Notes under the pieces: model-generated
The model's database searches: none
What the model saw: the letters and a program-made list of their open reading frames with translations, nothing else
Told to the model about the DNA's origin: nothing
DNA from: an uncultured Collinsella sp.
Lineage (GTDB): Bacteria > Actinomycetota > Coriobacteriia > Coriobacteriales > Coriobacteriaceae
Direction of reading: 5' to 3'
NCBI GenBank assembly: GCA_900548255.1
Contig: URKH01000001.1
Coordinates: forward strand, 1,332-65,331
Length of the DNA: 64,000 nt
Part shown: in pieces, positions 39,202 to 49,323 of the stretch
Layout of the letters: each line of letters starts with the position of its first letter
Numbering within the stretch: the first letter of the stretch is position 1
Program-made: the position numbers and the translations under genes

Positions 39202-40098
39202 ATGAAGCTCCAGCAGCTCAGATATGTCGTCAAAGTTGCCGAATGCGGCAGCATCACCGAGGCCTCGCGCCGGCTCTTTGTGTCGCAGCCTTCGATTACC
39301 GCGTCAATTCGCGATCTCGAAAACGAGATGGGTGTACACATCTTTGAGCGCACCAACAAGGGCGTCATTGTGTCCGAGGAAGGCGAGACCTTCTTGGGCT
39401 ACGCGCGCCAGGTGCTCGACCAGGCCGACCTGCTCGAGGGCAAGTACAAAGGCACGTCCGAGCAGGTGCCGCACTTTAGTGTGAGCTGCCAGCATTATTC
39501 CTTTGCCGTTAATGCATTTGTCGATGTGATCCGCGAGTTCGATGCCGCGCGCTACGACTTTACCCTGCGCGAGGAGCAGACCCACGAGATTATCGAGGAC
39601 GTCGCGCATATGAAAAGCGAGCTCGGCATCCTGTATCTGTCGGAGCACAATCGCGAGGTCATCGAGCGCATGCTGGCGGCCAACGAGCTCGTATTCGAAG
39701 GACTCTTCTGCGCTACGCCGCATGTCTTTGTGTGCTCCGACCATCCGCTGGCGGGTCGCTCGAGTGTGACGCTCGAGGACTTGGAAGACTACCCGTTCCT
39801 GTCCTATGAGCAGGGCAGCTACAACTCGTTTTACTATTCCGAGGAGCTGACCTCGACCTTTGAGCGCCGCAAGAATATCCGCGTGCGCGACCGTGCGACG
39901 CTGTTCAACCTAGCTATGGGCCTTAACGGTTACACGGTGTGTTCGGGCGTGATCAGCCATGAACTTAACGGCCCCGGCATTATCTCCATTCCGCTCGATG
40001 TAGACGAGTACATGGAGATCGGCATCATCACGCGCAAGAACACGACACTTACGCGCTACGGGCAGGCCTATATCGAAGCGATTCGTCAGCACATCTAG
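39202..40098 (+). CDS. LysR family regulator (MtaR/MetR-like)
   Basis: LQQLRY...GSITEAS..LFVSQPS HTH; FSVSCQHYSFAV and V.DRATLFNL motifs. Confidence 0.9.
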   Translation: MKLQQLRYVVKVAECGSITEASRRLFVSQPSITASIRDLENEMGVHIFERTNKGVIVSEEGETFLGYARQVLDQADLLEGKYKGTSEQVPHFSVSCQHYSFAVNAFVDVIREFDAARYDFTLREEQTHEIIEDVAHMKSELGILYLSEHNREVIERMLAANELVFEGLFCATPHVFVCSDHPLAGRSSVTLEDLEDYPFLSYEQGSYNSFYYSEELTSTFERRKNIRVRDRATLFNLAMGLNGYTVCSGVISHELNGPGIISIPLDVDEYMEIGIITRKNTTLTRYGQAYIEAIRQHI

Positions 40099-40147
40099 AC
40101 TGCTGCGTTCTGCACGGGTCAAATCTCTTTATGGCAGTCCCAACTAA

Positions 40148-40177
40148 TATAGGAAGCATCTATATCAAACTGTTATA
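40148..40177. promoter_or_regulatory. Probable LysR (MtaR/MetR-type) binding site
   Basis: TATAG-N7-CTATA (40148-40164) plus an overlapping degenerate copy (40161-40177), upstream of the methionine synthase gene. Confidence 0.6.
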
Positions 40178-40253
40178 AACGCATATTTTACGATGTCCAT
40201 ATGAGCGCTCATACTCTGTCCCAGTAAAGCAACCAATGCAAAGGGAGATATCT

Positions 40254-41387
40254 ATGAGCACTTCGATTCAACCGAACGCGCCGTTTCGTGCCGATATCGT
40301 CGGCAGTTTTCTTCGTCCGCAGGCTGTAAAGGACGCCCGTGCCGCCTATGTCGCGGGTAAACTCGACGCTTCCGGCCTTAAGGCCGTCGAGGACGAGGCC
40401 ATCCGCGACTTAGTGGCCAAGCAGAAGGCTGCCGGCCTGCAGGTGATTACCGATGGCGAGTTCCGCCGCAGCTACTGGCACCTCGATTTTATGTGGGGCC
40501 TCAACGGCATTGAGCGCCGCGCCTCGCGCACGGGCTACATGTTCCACGATGAGGAGACTACCGCCGACACCGCCGTGGTAACCGGTCCCATTAGCGGTGA
40601 GAATCATCCGTTCGTCGAGCACTTCAAATTTATCAAGTCGCTCGAGGGAGAGGGCCAGGTCGCGCGCCAGACCATTCCGGCGCCGATCCAGACGTTCTCC
40701 GAAGTCACACTCGACCGCTGCGATGGCCAGCAGGAGAGTCTGCACGCCGTCTACAAGACCGACGAAGAACTCGTCGATGCCATTGCCGCAGCATACCGCA
40801 CCGTGATTGCTGACCTGTATGCCGCGGGCTGCCGCAACATCCAGTTTGATGACTGCACCTGGGGCATCTACTGCGATACCGATTTTGTTGCCAAAACCGG
40901 CATGAGCCCGGTCGACCTGCAAAAGGTAAGCGAGCTGGGCGTGGCGCTCAACAATGCCGCCATCGAGGGCAAGCCCGACGATCTGGTTATCAACACGCAT
41001 GTATGCCGCGGCAACTACCACTCCACCTACGCTTTTGAGGGCGGCTACGACCCCATCGCGCCGTACCTGTTTGCGCATGAGGACGTTGACGCGTTCTATC
41101 TGGAGTTCGACACGCCCCGCGCCGGTGGTTTTGAGCCGCTCAAGTACGTTGCTCCCGGCAAGAAGGTCGTGCTGGGCTTGGTGACCACCAAGGCGGCAGA
41201 GCTCGAGAACGAGGATGTTATCGTCGAGCGCATCCGCGAGGCGGCAAAGTACGTGCCGCTCGAGAACCTGTATCTGTCTCCGCAGTGTGGCTTTGCCAGC
41301 TGCGAGATTGGCAATAAGCTGACCGAGGACGAGCAGTGGGCAAAGATTGCGCTGGTCAGGCGTATTGCCGAGCGCGTTTGGAAATAG
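40254..41387 (+). CDS. Cobalamin-independent methionine synthase, single-domain (YxjH-like)
   Basis: VGSFLRP, TDGEFRR..WH.DF, HVCRGN, LEFD and SPQCGFAS (Zn ligands). Confidence 0.9.
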   Translation: MSTSIQPNAPFRADIVGSFLRPQAVKDARAAYVAGKLDASGLKAVEDEAIRDLVAKQKAAGLQVITDGEFRRSYWHLDFMWGLNGIERRASRTGYMFHDEETTADTAVVTGPISGENHPFVEHFKFIKSLEGEGQVARQTIPAPIQTFSEVTLDRCDGQQESLHAVYKTDEELVDAIAAAYRTVIADLYAAGCRNIQFDDCTWGIYCDTDFVAKTGMSPVDLQKVSELGVALNNAAIEGKPDDLVINTHVCRGNYHSTYAFEGGYDPIAPYLFAHEDVDAFYLEFDTPRAGGFEPLKYVAPGKKVVLGLVTTKAAELENEDVIVERIREAAKYVPLENLYLSPQCGFASCEIGNKLTEDEQWAKIALVRRIAERVWK

Positions 41388-41509
41388 CGCTAGCGTTTGC
41401 AGGTGGCGGCGCGTGCGAGGTACTGCATATCGCGTACAATGGTTCGGATCGTATCGTTCGGGCAGGTTATCCGATATGCCTGATCGCCCTTCCATTCGAA
41501 AGGACTTCC

Positions 41510-42844
41510 ATGTCCCAGTCTTCGATGCCCGCCGTCACCGATGCCATCTACGATGCATCGTCGCTCGGCCGTCCGCGCATGTTTGTGTTGGGTTTGCAAC
41601 ACATGTTTGCGATGTTCGGAGCCACGGTGCTCGTGCCCGTGCTCACCGGCCTTTCTGTTTCGGCGACGCTTCTGTTCGCCGGCATCGGCACGCTGCTGTT
41701 TCATTTTCTATCGCGCGGTAAGGTGCCCGCGTTCCTGGGCTCCTCATTTGCCTTTATCGCGGGTTATGCCGCCATTGCGCCCAACGGCGAGGCCGAGCTT
41801 TTGCCCTACGCTTGCCTGGGCGTAGCTTGTGCCGGCCTGCTCTATCCGGTGCTTGCGGCCCTGTTCCGCGCCTTTGGCGCCAAGCGTGTCATGCGTTTCT
41901 TCCCGCCGGTGGTGACTGGCCCCATCGTCATTTCCATCGGCTTGATCCTGGCAAGCTCTGCCATTGCTAACTGCCAGACCAACTGGCTTGTCGCCGTTAT
42001 CGCTGTGGCCGTGATCATCATCTGCAACATCTGGGGCCGCGGCATGGTCAAGATCGTGCCGATTCTGCTGGGCGTTGTGGTGAGCTATGCCGTTGCGGCC
42101 GCGCTGGGCGAGGTCGACTTCTCTGGCGTCGCAGCCGCCCCCTGGGTTGGCTTGCCCGTCGTGTGGGACAACACCGTGTTTGCGCTCTTTGGACCGCAGT
42201 TCGATAGCAGTCTTGCCACGACGGCCATCATCACCATCATGCCGCTGGCCTTTGCAACTATGATCGAGCATATCGGCGATATCTCCGCCATCGGATCGAC
42301 TTGTGAGCGCAACTACATTGCCGATCCCGGCCTGCACCGTACCCTGCTCGGCGATGGCCTGGCGACCATCTTGGCATCGCTCTTTGGCGCTCCTGCCAAT
42401 ACGACGTATGGCGAGAACACCGGCGTGCTTGCCTTGACGCGTGTGTTCGACCCGCGTGTGATTCGCATTGCCGCCTGCTGCGCCATTGTGCTTTCGTTCT
42501 GCCCCAAGTTTGCTGCGGTGATTGCCGCCATGCCGGCATGCGTTATCGGCGGTGTGTCGCTCGTGCTCTACGGCATGATCAGCGCCGTTGGTGTACGTAA
42601 CCTCATCGAGAACCAGGTTGATTTCCAGAACAACCGCAACGTGCTGGTGGCGGCTCTGGTGCTCGTGCTTTCGCTCGGCATTGCCTACAGTACCGCCGGT
42701 GCCATCGTGCTGGAGCTGGGCGGCGTGACGATTTCGCTTTCGGGCCTTGCCGTGGGCTCGCTGGTGGGCATTGTGCTCAACGCCATCCTGCCCGGTAACG
42801 ACTTTGAGTTCGATACTTCCGAGCTTGAGGAGACTGCTGAATAG
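41510..42844 (+). CDS. Uracil/xanthine permease (NCS2, UraA/PyrP-like)
   Basis: GLQH.FAMFGAT.LVP, FLGSSFAF, EHIGD and NTTYGENTGV motifs. Confidence 0.92.
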   Translation: MSQSSMPAVTDAIYDASSLGRPRMFVLGLQHMFAMFGATVLVPVLTGLSVSATLLFAGIGTLLFHFLSRGKVPAFLGSSFAFIAGYAAIAPNGEAELLPYACLGVACAGLLYPVLAALFRAFGAKRVMRFFPPVVTGPIVISIGLILASSAIANCQTNWLVAVIAVAVIIICNIWGRGMVKIVPILLGVVVSYAVAAALGEVDFSGVAAAPWVGLPVVWDNTVFALFGPQFDSSLATTAIITIMPLAFATMIEHIGDISAIGSTCERNYIADPGLHRTLLGDGLATILASLFGAPANTTYGENTGVLALTRVFDPRVIRIAACCAIVLSFCPKFAAVIAAMPACVIGGVSLVLYGMISAVGVRNLIENQVDFQNNRNVLVAALVLVLSLGIAYSTAGAIVLELGGVTISLSGLAVGSLVGIVLNAILPGNDFEFDTSELEETAE

Positions 42845-42862
42845 CAGCTGCGTTCAGCCAAA

Positions 42863-42908
42863 TTAAAAATGGCGTCCATGCGTATGTACGCGTGGATGCC
42901 ATTTTTAA
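42863..42908. terminator. Bidirectional terminator
   Basis: ttaaaaatggcgtccatgcgta / tacgcgtggatgccatttttaa, between convergent genes. Confidence 0.75.
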
Positions 42909-43570
42909 TGCGTCAGTATCCAGTGGATGCCGCGTGCCATGCGCAGGTCAGTTTGGGTAAAGTGATTGCCGGGGTTGAGCTCCAGCGTTGTTGGAATGTC
43001 ACGCTCGATAAACAGCTCTTCCATCGCGCGCGTATCGTCGAGTACGTGCCGCATCATGCGGTTGGGCGTCTTGGTTTCCTTTTTGCCGAGTGACAGATAG
43101 ACGGCGTCGGGCGTAGCTGCCATCGTGCGCTCGCGCGCGTAGTCGATAAAGCCGGGGAACCACAGCGACCCCGATGCACTCGCCGCGCGCTCAAAGACAT
43201 CTGTTTGCCAAAGTGCCCACAGTGCAAAAAGACCCGCCAACGAGTAGCCGGCAACGCCGCGCCAGGTGGGCGGTTGCGGGAGCGATGATTCGGCCTCTGG
43301 GATTATCTGCTTCAACAACTCGTCAAGAAAACCAGCGGCCTGTCCACCAAAGGGCTCGGCATCGCGCACGGTACCGTCGCATACCCAGGGGCTCAGCTCG
43401 CGATTCCAGTTGAGGCTGCCAATGCCGACAAGCGTGAAGGGCGGGCAGTTGAGCTCTCGGCAGCGTTCATAAACCTCCGTGCCGTCGCCCATGACCACGG
43501 GAAGATAGATGACTGGTGCGCTTTCGGCATGCTGTGCATGAACGGTTATCTGCTTTTGATGCGCTTCCAT
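42905..43570 (-). CDS. Alpha/beta-fold esterase
   Basis: GYSLAG nucleophile elbow, SGSLW, LG.KE and GNHF. Confidence 0.85.
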   Translation of the reverse strand: MEAHQKQITVHAQHAESAPVIYLPVVMGDGTEVYERCRELNCPPFTLVGIGSLNWNRELSPWVCDGTVRDAEPFGGQAAGFLDELLKQIIPEAESSLPQPPTWRGVAGYSLAGLFALWALWQTDVFERAASASGSLWFPGFIDYARERTMAATPDAVYLSLGKKETKTPNRMMRHVLDDTRAMEELFIERDIPTTLELNPGNHFTQTDLRMARGIHWILTH

Positions 43571-43684
43571 GACGGGCTTCTCTCGGCGTTGTGATATCGA
43601 CGGCCCCCATTGTCGCACGCCGGCTCATGCAGGTTGGGCTAGACCAAAGACAATCTCGTGCATACCCTGCGGACGCATATGGAA

Positions 43685-43720
43685 AACGCCACCGCCGGAG
43701 GGGAGCTCGGCGGTGGCGTT
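43685..43720 (-). terminator. Terminator downstream of the surface-protein genes
   Basis: aacgccaccgccg / cggcggtggcgtt, 13-bp arms. Confidence 0.65.
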
Positions 43721-43777
43721 GTTAAACGGTGCTGGGACTCGGGGCCTTCGCGGGAGCTGCCATGTGCGCAGAGGCGT

Positions 43778-45568
43778 CTAAGAGCGCTTGCGGCTCGCCA
43801 TGGTGCCTGCGGCGATAGCGGCTGTTCCCGCAAGGACGGTTGCCACGATGGCCGCACCCGAGGTGTCGCCGGTTGCCGCGAGCACGCCGGTAGTCTTGGC
43901 TTTCGTGATTGAAGCCGCAACGGCCTTGGTCGGCTTTGAGCACTCAGGCTTGGGGTTCTGCTTGGACTCCGCGGGCTTGCTTTCTGCGGGCTTGGTCTCG
44001 TCGGGCTTGGGGTCTTCCGGCTTGGCTACCTCGGGAGGTGCGATGACCATGCTCTTGGCGACAGCTTCGTTATAGGGGGAGTCGATCACAGCGTCGCCCG
44101 TGCCGATGGCTTGGCCTGCCTCGTAGATGCCGTCACGGAGCTTGCGATAGTCAATGACCTTGCCGCCTTCGGGCGTCTGGATGGCGGCGTTCTCAATCTT
44201 GATGGTGCCGATTGTCTTGCCGTCAGCGCTCATGGCACGGGCAAAGATTGCCGCTGTATCTCCTTCGGCCGTTACCTTGCTGCGGATGATCGAGATGACT
44301 GCGGGTGTGACGCCCTCGCTGGTCTGGGCGATGATGCCGATGTTCTCGCCTTGGGGCTCGGGGCTCGTCTCACCATCTTGGTTTTCGCTGTAGGGGATGG
44401 GGCCGTCGCCGTTCTCGACATAGCGGGCTATGGCCTTGACAACGGAGTCGCTGATGTAGATGTGGCCACCCTCCTCGTTGGGTCGATCGTTTCTGGTGGA
44501 GAATGCAGCCGAAACCTCGCCTTCCGCAAACGCGTCCACGGTGGAGCCGTTCTTGACGACGATATCGTCTTGGTAGGTGAAGAGGGCAATGGCGTCACCG
44601 TATCTGCCTTTACTTGCGCGGACTGTCACGTTTGCATGATCGAGTGTGATGCCCTTGTGGGCATAGACGCCATATTCAACACCGTTTGCGTTGAGGGAGG
44701 CGTTTGTGGCTGCGAGGCTGCCCTTGGCCTCGACGGCGGCGTCTTTCTCGGAGCTCGCCTTGACCTGGCTGCCGTCCGAGATATTGATGTTGCCGCCGCT
44801 CCAAATGGCCTCACCATCGGCTGAGCTTGCCTCGACTGTGCCGCCACCCTTGATGGTGAGGTTCTTGTCGGTTCCGATACCCTTGTCCTTGGTAGCCCTG
44901 GCGGTGACGGCCCCGCTGTCGTCAATCGTGATATTGCCGTTTGCCCTGATGCCATCCGATACGCCCGTGGCGTTGACGTTGCCCGAACCTTTGATAGCGA
45001 GATCGCCCTCGGCGTCGATGGCATCAAACCCAGCGCTCGTGGCGTTGACGGATCCGGCTCCGTCGATGTTGATATTACCCGTGGAGAGGATAGCGTCCTC
45101 AGTAGATGTCACGCTGAGCGTGCTGCCCGCGTCGCCTTGGATATTGAGCTCGGCGTTCTCATTCTTGCCATGAGAAGCCTTGATGCCTTCGATCCAGTCG
45201 GCAGTGACGATGTTGTTTCCCGAGTAATTCACGTTGAGCTTGCCTGCGGCCTGGATCTCGCCGCCGTTATAGTTGTTGAGCTTCAAGTCGTCGGCGCCGT
45301 CCCACGACCAGGTGCCGGTCTCGTCGCCCGCCGCAGTGCCGGCGTTGTATTTGGTTTCGCCGACCTTGACCCATTCCGCCGCGAGCGAGACGCTCGGCAT
45401 GAGCAGCGAGCTCACCGTGAGCGCGCACACGGCGCCTACGACGATGCGGCGCGTCACGCGGCGCCAGCTGCCGTGCGCGAGTCCTATGCGACGGCGAACG
45501 TCGGGTTCGGCAACATGGGTTCCGGCGGTAGTGTCATTGCGTTTGGGGGTCGTGAACAAGGCTGCCAT
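43778..45568 (-). CDS. Sortase-anchored surface protein with beta-helix-like repeats (copy 1)
   Basis: Long basic/hydrophobic signal ending SLA-AE, repeats like ITIDGSG.V.A.S..DAI, PEK-rich linker, LAATG + TM + RKRS tail. Confidence 0.85.
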   Translation of the reverse strand: MAALFTTPKRNDTTAGTHVAEPDVRRRIGLAHGSWRRVTRRIVVGAVCALTVSSLLMPSVSLAAEWVKVGETKYNAGTAAGDETGTWSWDGADDLKLNNYNGGEIQAAGKLNVNYSGNNIVTADWIEGIKASHGKNENAELNIQGDAGSTLSVTSTEDAILSTGNINIDGAGSVNATSAGFDAIDAEGDLAIKGSGNVNATGVSDGIRANGNITIDDSGAVTARATKDKGIGTDKNLTIKGGGTVEASSADGEAIWSGGNINISDGSQVKASSEKDAAVEAKGSLAATNASLNANGVEYGVYAHKGITLDHANVTVRASKGRYGDAIALFTYQDDIVVKNGSTVDAFAEGEVSAAFSTRNDRPNEEGGHIYISDSVVKAIARYVENGDGPIPYSENQDGETSPEPQGENIGIIAQTSEGVTPAVISIIRSKVTAEGDTAAIFARAMSADGKTIGTIKIENAAIQTPEGGKVIDYRKLRDGIYEAGQAIGTGDAVIDSPYNEAVAKSMVIAPPEVAKPEDPKPDETKPAESKPAESKQNPKPECSKPTKAVAASITKAKTTGVLAATGDTSGAAIVATVLAGTAAIAAGTMASRKRS

Positions 45569-45626
45569 GGTTGCTCCCGTTCTCATAGGGCCTATACGGC
45601 TAGGTTCAGCGTATCTGCTGGATGTT

Positions 45627-45818
45627 GCCGGCGGTAGTGCCGTTTGGAGGGCAAAATGGCCAAAATGGGGGAGAAATAGGCCGCACGCCGGCGCAGGGAC
45701 CGACGCTAAAAGAAAAGCGCGGGGCCGCATGGCGACTCCGCGCTTTATTGTTCAGCTTTTGCAGCCTTGCCCTTACGCTACGAAGAAGTAGACGGGGAAG
45801 GCAAGGGCTGCGATCCAC
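45627..45818. repeat. 192-bp perfect direct repeat, copy A
   Basis: Identical to 47671-47862; contains the last 46 nt of the permease gene, its terminator and the upstream region of the surface gene. Confidence 0.95.
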
Positions 45819-45839
45819 CCGTCCTGTGCGAAAAAGTGT

Positions 45840-47612
45840 TTACGAACGTTTGCGACTCGCCAGGGCGCCTGCGGCGATGGCGGCTGTTCCCGCAAGGGCG
45901 GCTGCCACGATGGCTGCGTTCGAGGTGTCGCCGGTTGCCGCGAGCTTGCCGACGGTCTTGGCTCCCTTGGCTGCAACTGCAACGGTCTTGGTTGTCTTCG
46001 TGCCCTCGGACTTGGAACCCTCGGGCTTGGTCTTGCCGTGCTTTTCCTCGGGCTTGGTCTCCTCGGGAGGCACGATGACCGTGCTCTTGGCGACAGCGGC
46101 GTCATAGGGGGAGTCAATCGTGGCATCGCCCGTGCCAATGGTCTGCCCCGCCTCGTAGACGATGCCGTCGCTGAGCTCTTCCTTGTTGCGATAGTCAATG
46201 ACTTTGCCGCCTGCAGGCGTCTGGATGATGGCGTCCTTGATTTCGATGGTGCCGATCGCCTTGCCGTCCGCGCTCATGGCAAGGGCGAAGATAGCCGCCG
46301 TGTCTCCCTCGGCCGTGACCTTGCTGCGGACGATCGAGATGGTCGCGGGCGTGATGCCCTTCTCGGTCTGCGCGAAGATGCCGATGTTCAGGCCCTCGGA
46401 CTCAGGGATGATTTCGTCGTTTTGGTCTCCACTGTAGTGGTCGGGGCCGTCGCCGCCGGTCTCGGCATAGCGGGCTATGGCCTTGACAACGGAGTCGCTG
46501 ATGTAGATATGGCCACCCGCTTCGTCGGAGTAGAAATTACTGGTGGAGATTGCAACCGAGAACCTGCCTTCTGCGAGCGCATCCACAGTCGAGCCGTTCT
46601 TGATGACGATGTTGTCCTCATCGGTGAAGAGTGCGCTGGCTTCCCCGCCATCTGAGCTTGCGCGGACCGTCACGGTCGCGCCATCGAGCGTGATGCCCTT
46701 GTAGACATAGATGCCATACCCAACGCCACTTGCGTTGAGGGAAGCGTTCGTGACCGTGAGGCTGTTTTTACCGTCGATGGCGGCGTCTTCCTCGGAGCTT
46801 GCCTTGACCTGGCTGCCACCCGAGATCTCGATGTTGCCGTCGGCCCAAATCGCATTGTCTTTGATAGAGCTTGCCTCTACCTTGCCGCCGCCCTTTATGA
46901 TGAGGTTCTCGTTAGCATCGATACCCTGATCCTCGGTGGCCTTGGCGGTGACGGTTCCGCTGTTGTCGATCGTGATGTTGCCGTCGGCCCTGATGCCATC
47001 CGAATCGCCCGTGGCGTTAACGTTTCCCGAGCCCTTGATGGTGACATCGCCCCCGGCATCGATGGCATCGTGCTCGGTGCTCGTGGCGTTGACAGTGCCA
47101 GCGCCGTCGATGTTGATGTTGCCGACGGAAGTGATGGCGTCACGAGAAGATGTCACGTTGAGCGTGCTGGACGCGTCGCCCTGAATATTAAGCTCGGCGT
47201 TCTCGTTCGCGCCATCCTTAACCTTGATGCCGCGGCCGTTGTCGTTAGTGACGGTGTTGTTGCCCTCGTAGCTCACGTTGAGCTTGCCCGCTGCCTCGAT
47301 CGCGCCGCCGTTATAGCCGTTGAGCTTCATGTCGTCGGCGCCGTCCCAGCTCCAGGTGCCGGCGGCGTCGCCCGCCGCGGTGCCGGCGTTGTATTGGGTG
47401 CCGCCGACGTCCACCCACTCGGCCGCGAGCGAGACGCTCGGCATGAGCAGCGAACTTACCGTGAGCGCGCATACGGCGCCTACAACGATGCGGCGTGTCA
47501 CGCGGCGCCAGCTGCCGTGTGCGAGCAGCGTGCGACGGCGCACGTCGGGCTCGACAAAATGGGCTCCAGAGGTTTTGTCATTGCGCTTGGGGGTCGTGAA
47601 CAAGGCGGCCAT
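45840..47612 (-). CDS. Sortase-anchored surface protein with beta-helix-like repeats (copy 2)
   Basis: Colinear paralogue of 43778-45568 with the same signal, repeats and LAATG anchor. Confidence 0.85.
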   Translation of the reverse strand: MAALFTTPKRNDKTSGAHFVEPDVRRRTLLAHGSWRRVTRRIVVGAVCALTVSSLLMPSVSLAAEWVDVGGTQYNAGTAAGDAAGTWSWDGADDMKLNGYNGGAIEAAGKLNVSYEGNNTVTNDNGRGIKVKDGANENAELNIQGDASSTLNVTSSRDAITSVGNINIDGAGTVNATSTEHDAIDAGGDVTIKGSGNVNATGDSDGIRADGNITIDNSGTVTAKATEDQGIDANENLIIKGGGKVEASSIKDNAIWADGNIEISGGSQVKASSEEDAAIDGKNSLTVTNASLNASGVGYGIYVYKGITLDGATVTVRASSDGGEASALFTDEDNIVIKNGSTVDALAEGRFSVAISTSNFYSDEAGGHIYISDSVVKAIARYAETGGDGPDHYSGDQNDEIIPESEGLNIGIFAQTEKGITPATISIVRSKVTAEGDTAAIFALAMSADGKAIGTIEIKDAIIQTPAGGKVIDYRNKEELSDGIVYEAGQTIGTGDATIDSPYDAAVAKSTVIVPPEETKPEEKHGKTKPEGSKSEGTKTTKTVAVAAKGAKTVGKLAATGDTSNAAIVAAALAGTAAIAAGALASRKRS

Positions 47613-47670
47613 GGTTACTCCCATCCTCATAGGGCCTATGCGATTACGCCCAGCATATCTGCAGGATGTA

Positions 47671-47862
47671 GCCGGCGGTAGTGCCGTTTGGAGGGCAAAA
47701 TGGCCAAAATGGGGGAGAAATAGGCCGCACGCCGGCGCAGGGACCGACGCTAAAAGAAAAGCGCGGGGCCGCATGGCGACTCCGCGCTTTATTGTTCAGC
47801 TTTTGCAGCCTTGCCCTTACGCTACGAAGAAGTAGACGGGGAAGGCAAGGGCTGCGATCCAC
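47671..47862. repeat. 192-bp perfect direct repeat, copy B
   Basis: Identical to 45627-45818 at an offset of 2044 bp. Confidence 0.95.
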
Positions 47863-49130
47863 ATGAGCGGCTTGATCTTGGATGCCTCGCCCTTAAAGAG
47901 CGCGACGACCACGTAGGCGATAAAGCCCAGACCAATGCCGGCAGAGATGGAGTAGGTGAAGGGCACGCCGGCGACAATCATGAACGCCGGGAAGCCCTGC
48001 GACACGTCGGACCAGTCGATCTCGGAGGCCTCGCTCATCATGAGGTAGCCGACGTAGACCAGAGCACCGCAGGTGGCGGCGCTGGAAACGATGGTGACGA
48101 TGGGGGAGAAGAACGCGGCGAGAATGAACAGCACGCCGGTGGTGACGGAGGTGAGGCCCGTGCGGCCACCGTCGGCAGCGCCAGAGGTGGACTCGACGAA
48201 GGTGGTGATGGAGGAGACGCCCATAAAGCCACCGGCAGCAGCGGCCACGGAGTCGACGACCAGGATGGGACGGATGTCCTCGACATTGCCGTCCTCGGTC
48301 AAGAACTCGCCCTGCTTGGCGACGGCCATCGCGGTGCCCATGGTGTCGAAGAAGTCGCTCATGAGCAGCGAGAAGGCAACGACGAGCAGCATCGGGTCGG
48401 TCAGGACCTTCACGATGGCAAGGTTGCCGTCGGCAGTGCTGGCAAACGGGGCGCCGAAGGTCGAGAAGTCGAGCGGTGCGATGAGGCCCTCGGGCGCATG
48501 GGTGACGCCCAGCGGGATTCCGGCGATAACGGCGACGATGATGCCGATGAGCAGCGAGCCCGGCACGTTGCGGGAAGCCAGGGCAACCGTCACGACGATG
48601 GAGATGATGCCGACGATAAAGGTGGGGGAGGCGATGTCGCCCAGGCCGACGAGCGTACCGGCGCCAGCGGTGATGATGCCGGCGTCGCACAGGCCGATCA
48701 TGGCGATAAACAGGCCCAGACCCACCGAGATGGCGTGGCGCAGGACCACGGGGATGGCGTCCATGATGGCCTCGCGCAGGCCGCAAAGGACGAGCAGCAA
48801 GATGACGATACCCTCGAGGAAGATAACGCTCATGGCGACGTGCCAGTCACCGCCGCACATGGTGGTGGTGATGCCCGCGATCATGGCGTTGATGCCCAGG
48901 CCTGAAGCGCAGGCGAGCGGGCGGTTTGCGAAGATGCCCATGCAGATGGTCATGATGCCGGCGCCCAGGCAGGTGGCGCAGGCGAGCGCTCCCGCATCAA
49001 TGCCAGCGCCCGAGAGCACTGCGGGGTTGACGGCGATGATGTAGGCCATCGCCAGGAATGTTGTCAGTCCAGCGCGAAGTTCGGTCCCGATTGTGGACTT
49101 GCGCTCACTGACGTGAAAAAGTTCGTCCAT
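47817..49130 (-). CDS. NCS2 (AzgA/PbuG-like) purine permease
   Basis: ELRAGLTTFLAMAYII.VNP, DFFDTMGT and TFVES..G...GGRTGLT motifs. Confidence 0.93.
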   Translation of the reverse strand: MDELFHVSERKSTIGTELRAGLTTFLAMAYIIAVNPAVLSGAGIDAGALACATCLGAGIMTICMGIFANRPLACASGLGINAMIAGITTTMCGGDWHVAMSVIFLEGIVILLLVLCGLREAIMDAIPVVLRHAISVGLGLFIAMIGLCDAGIITAGAGTLVGLGDIASPTFIVGIISIVVTVALASRNVPGSLLIGIIVAVIAGIPLGVTHAPEGLIAPLDFSTFGAPFASTADGNLAIVKVLTDPMLLVVAFSLLMSDFFDTMGTAMAVAKQGEFLTEDGNVEDIRPILVVDSVAAAAGGFMGVSSITTFVESTSGAADGGRTGLTSVTTGVLFILAAFFSPIVTIVSSAATCGALVYVGYLMMSEASEIDWSDVSQGFPAFMIVAGVPFTYSISAGIGLGFIAYVVVALFKGEASKIKPLMWIAALAFPVYFFVA

Positions 49131-49323
49131 GCATACCCTTTCCTTGTTCGGCCCCGAGTTTAGGCCGATTGACACGAACTCATTTACTATATCGCCTTTA
49201 CAACCTTGCTGTTCCTCGCATGTTGATGTTCGGCGCTTTGTAACAGACGGACGGTATTTATCGCATGAAAATGTGTGGGTACCGTATACTTAAGCGGTTA
49301 CAACGACCCCTATGGAGGAACGT

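Noticed and set aside
45773..46198. 141-aa ORF ending in the permease C-terminus (WIAALAFPVYFFVA)
   Set aside because: It is an out-of-frame read through the surface gene into the duplicated 192-bp block, not a real gene.
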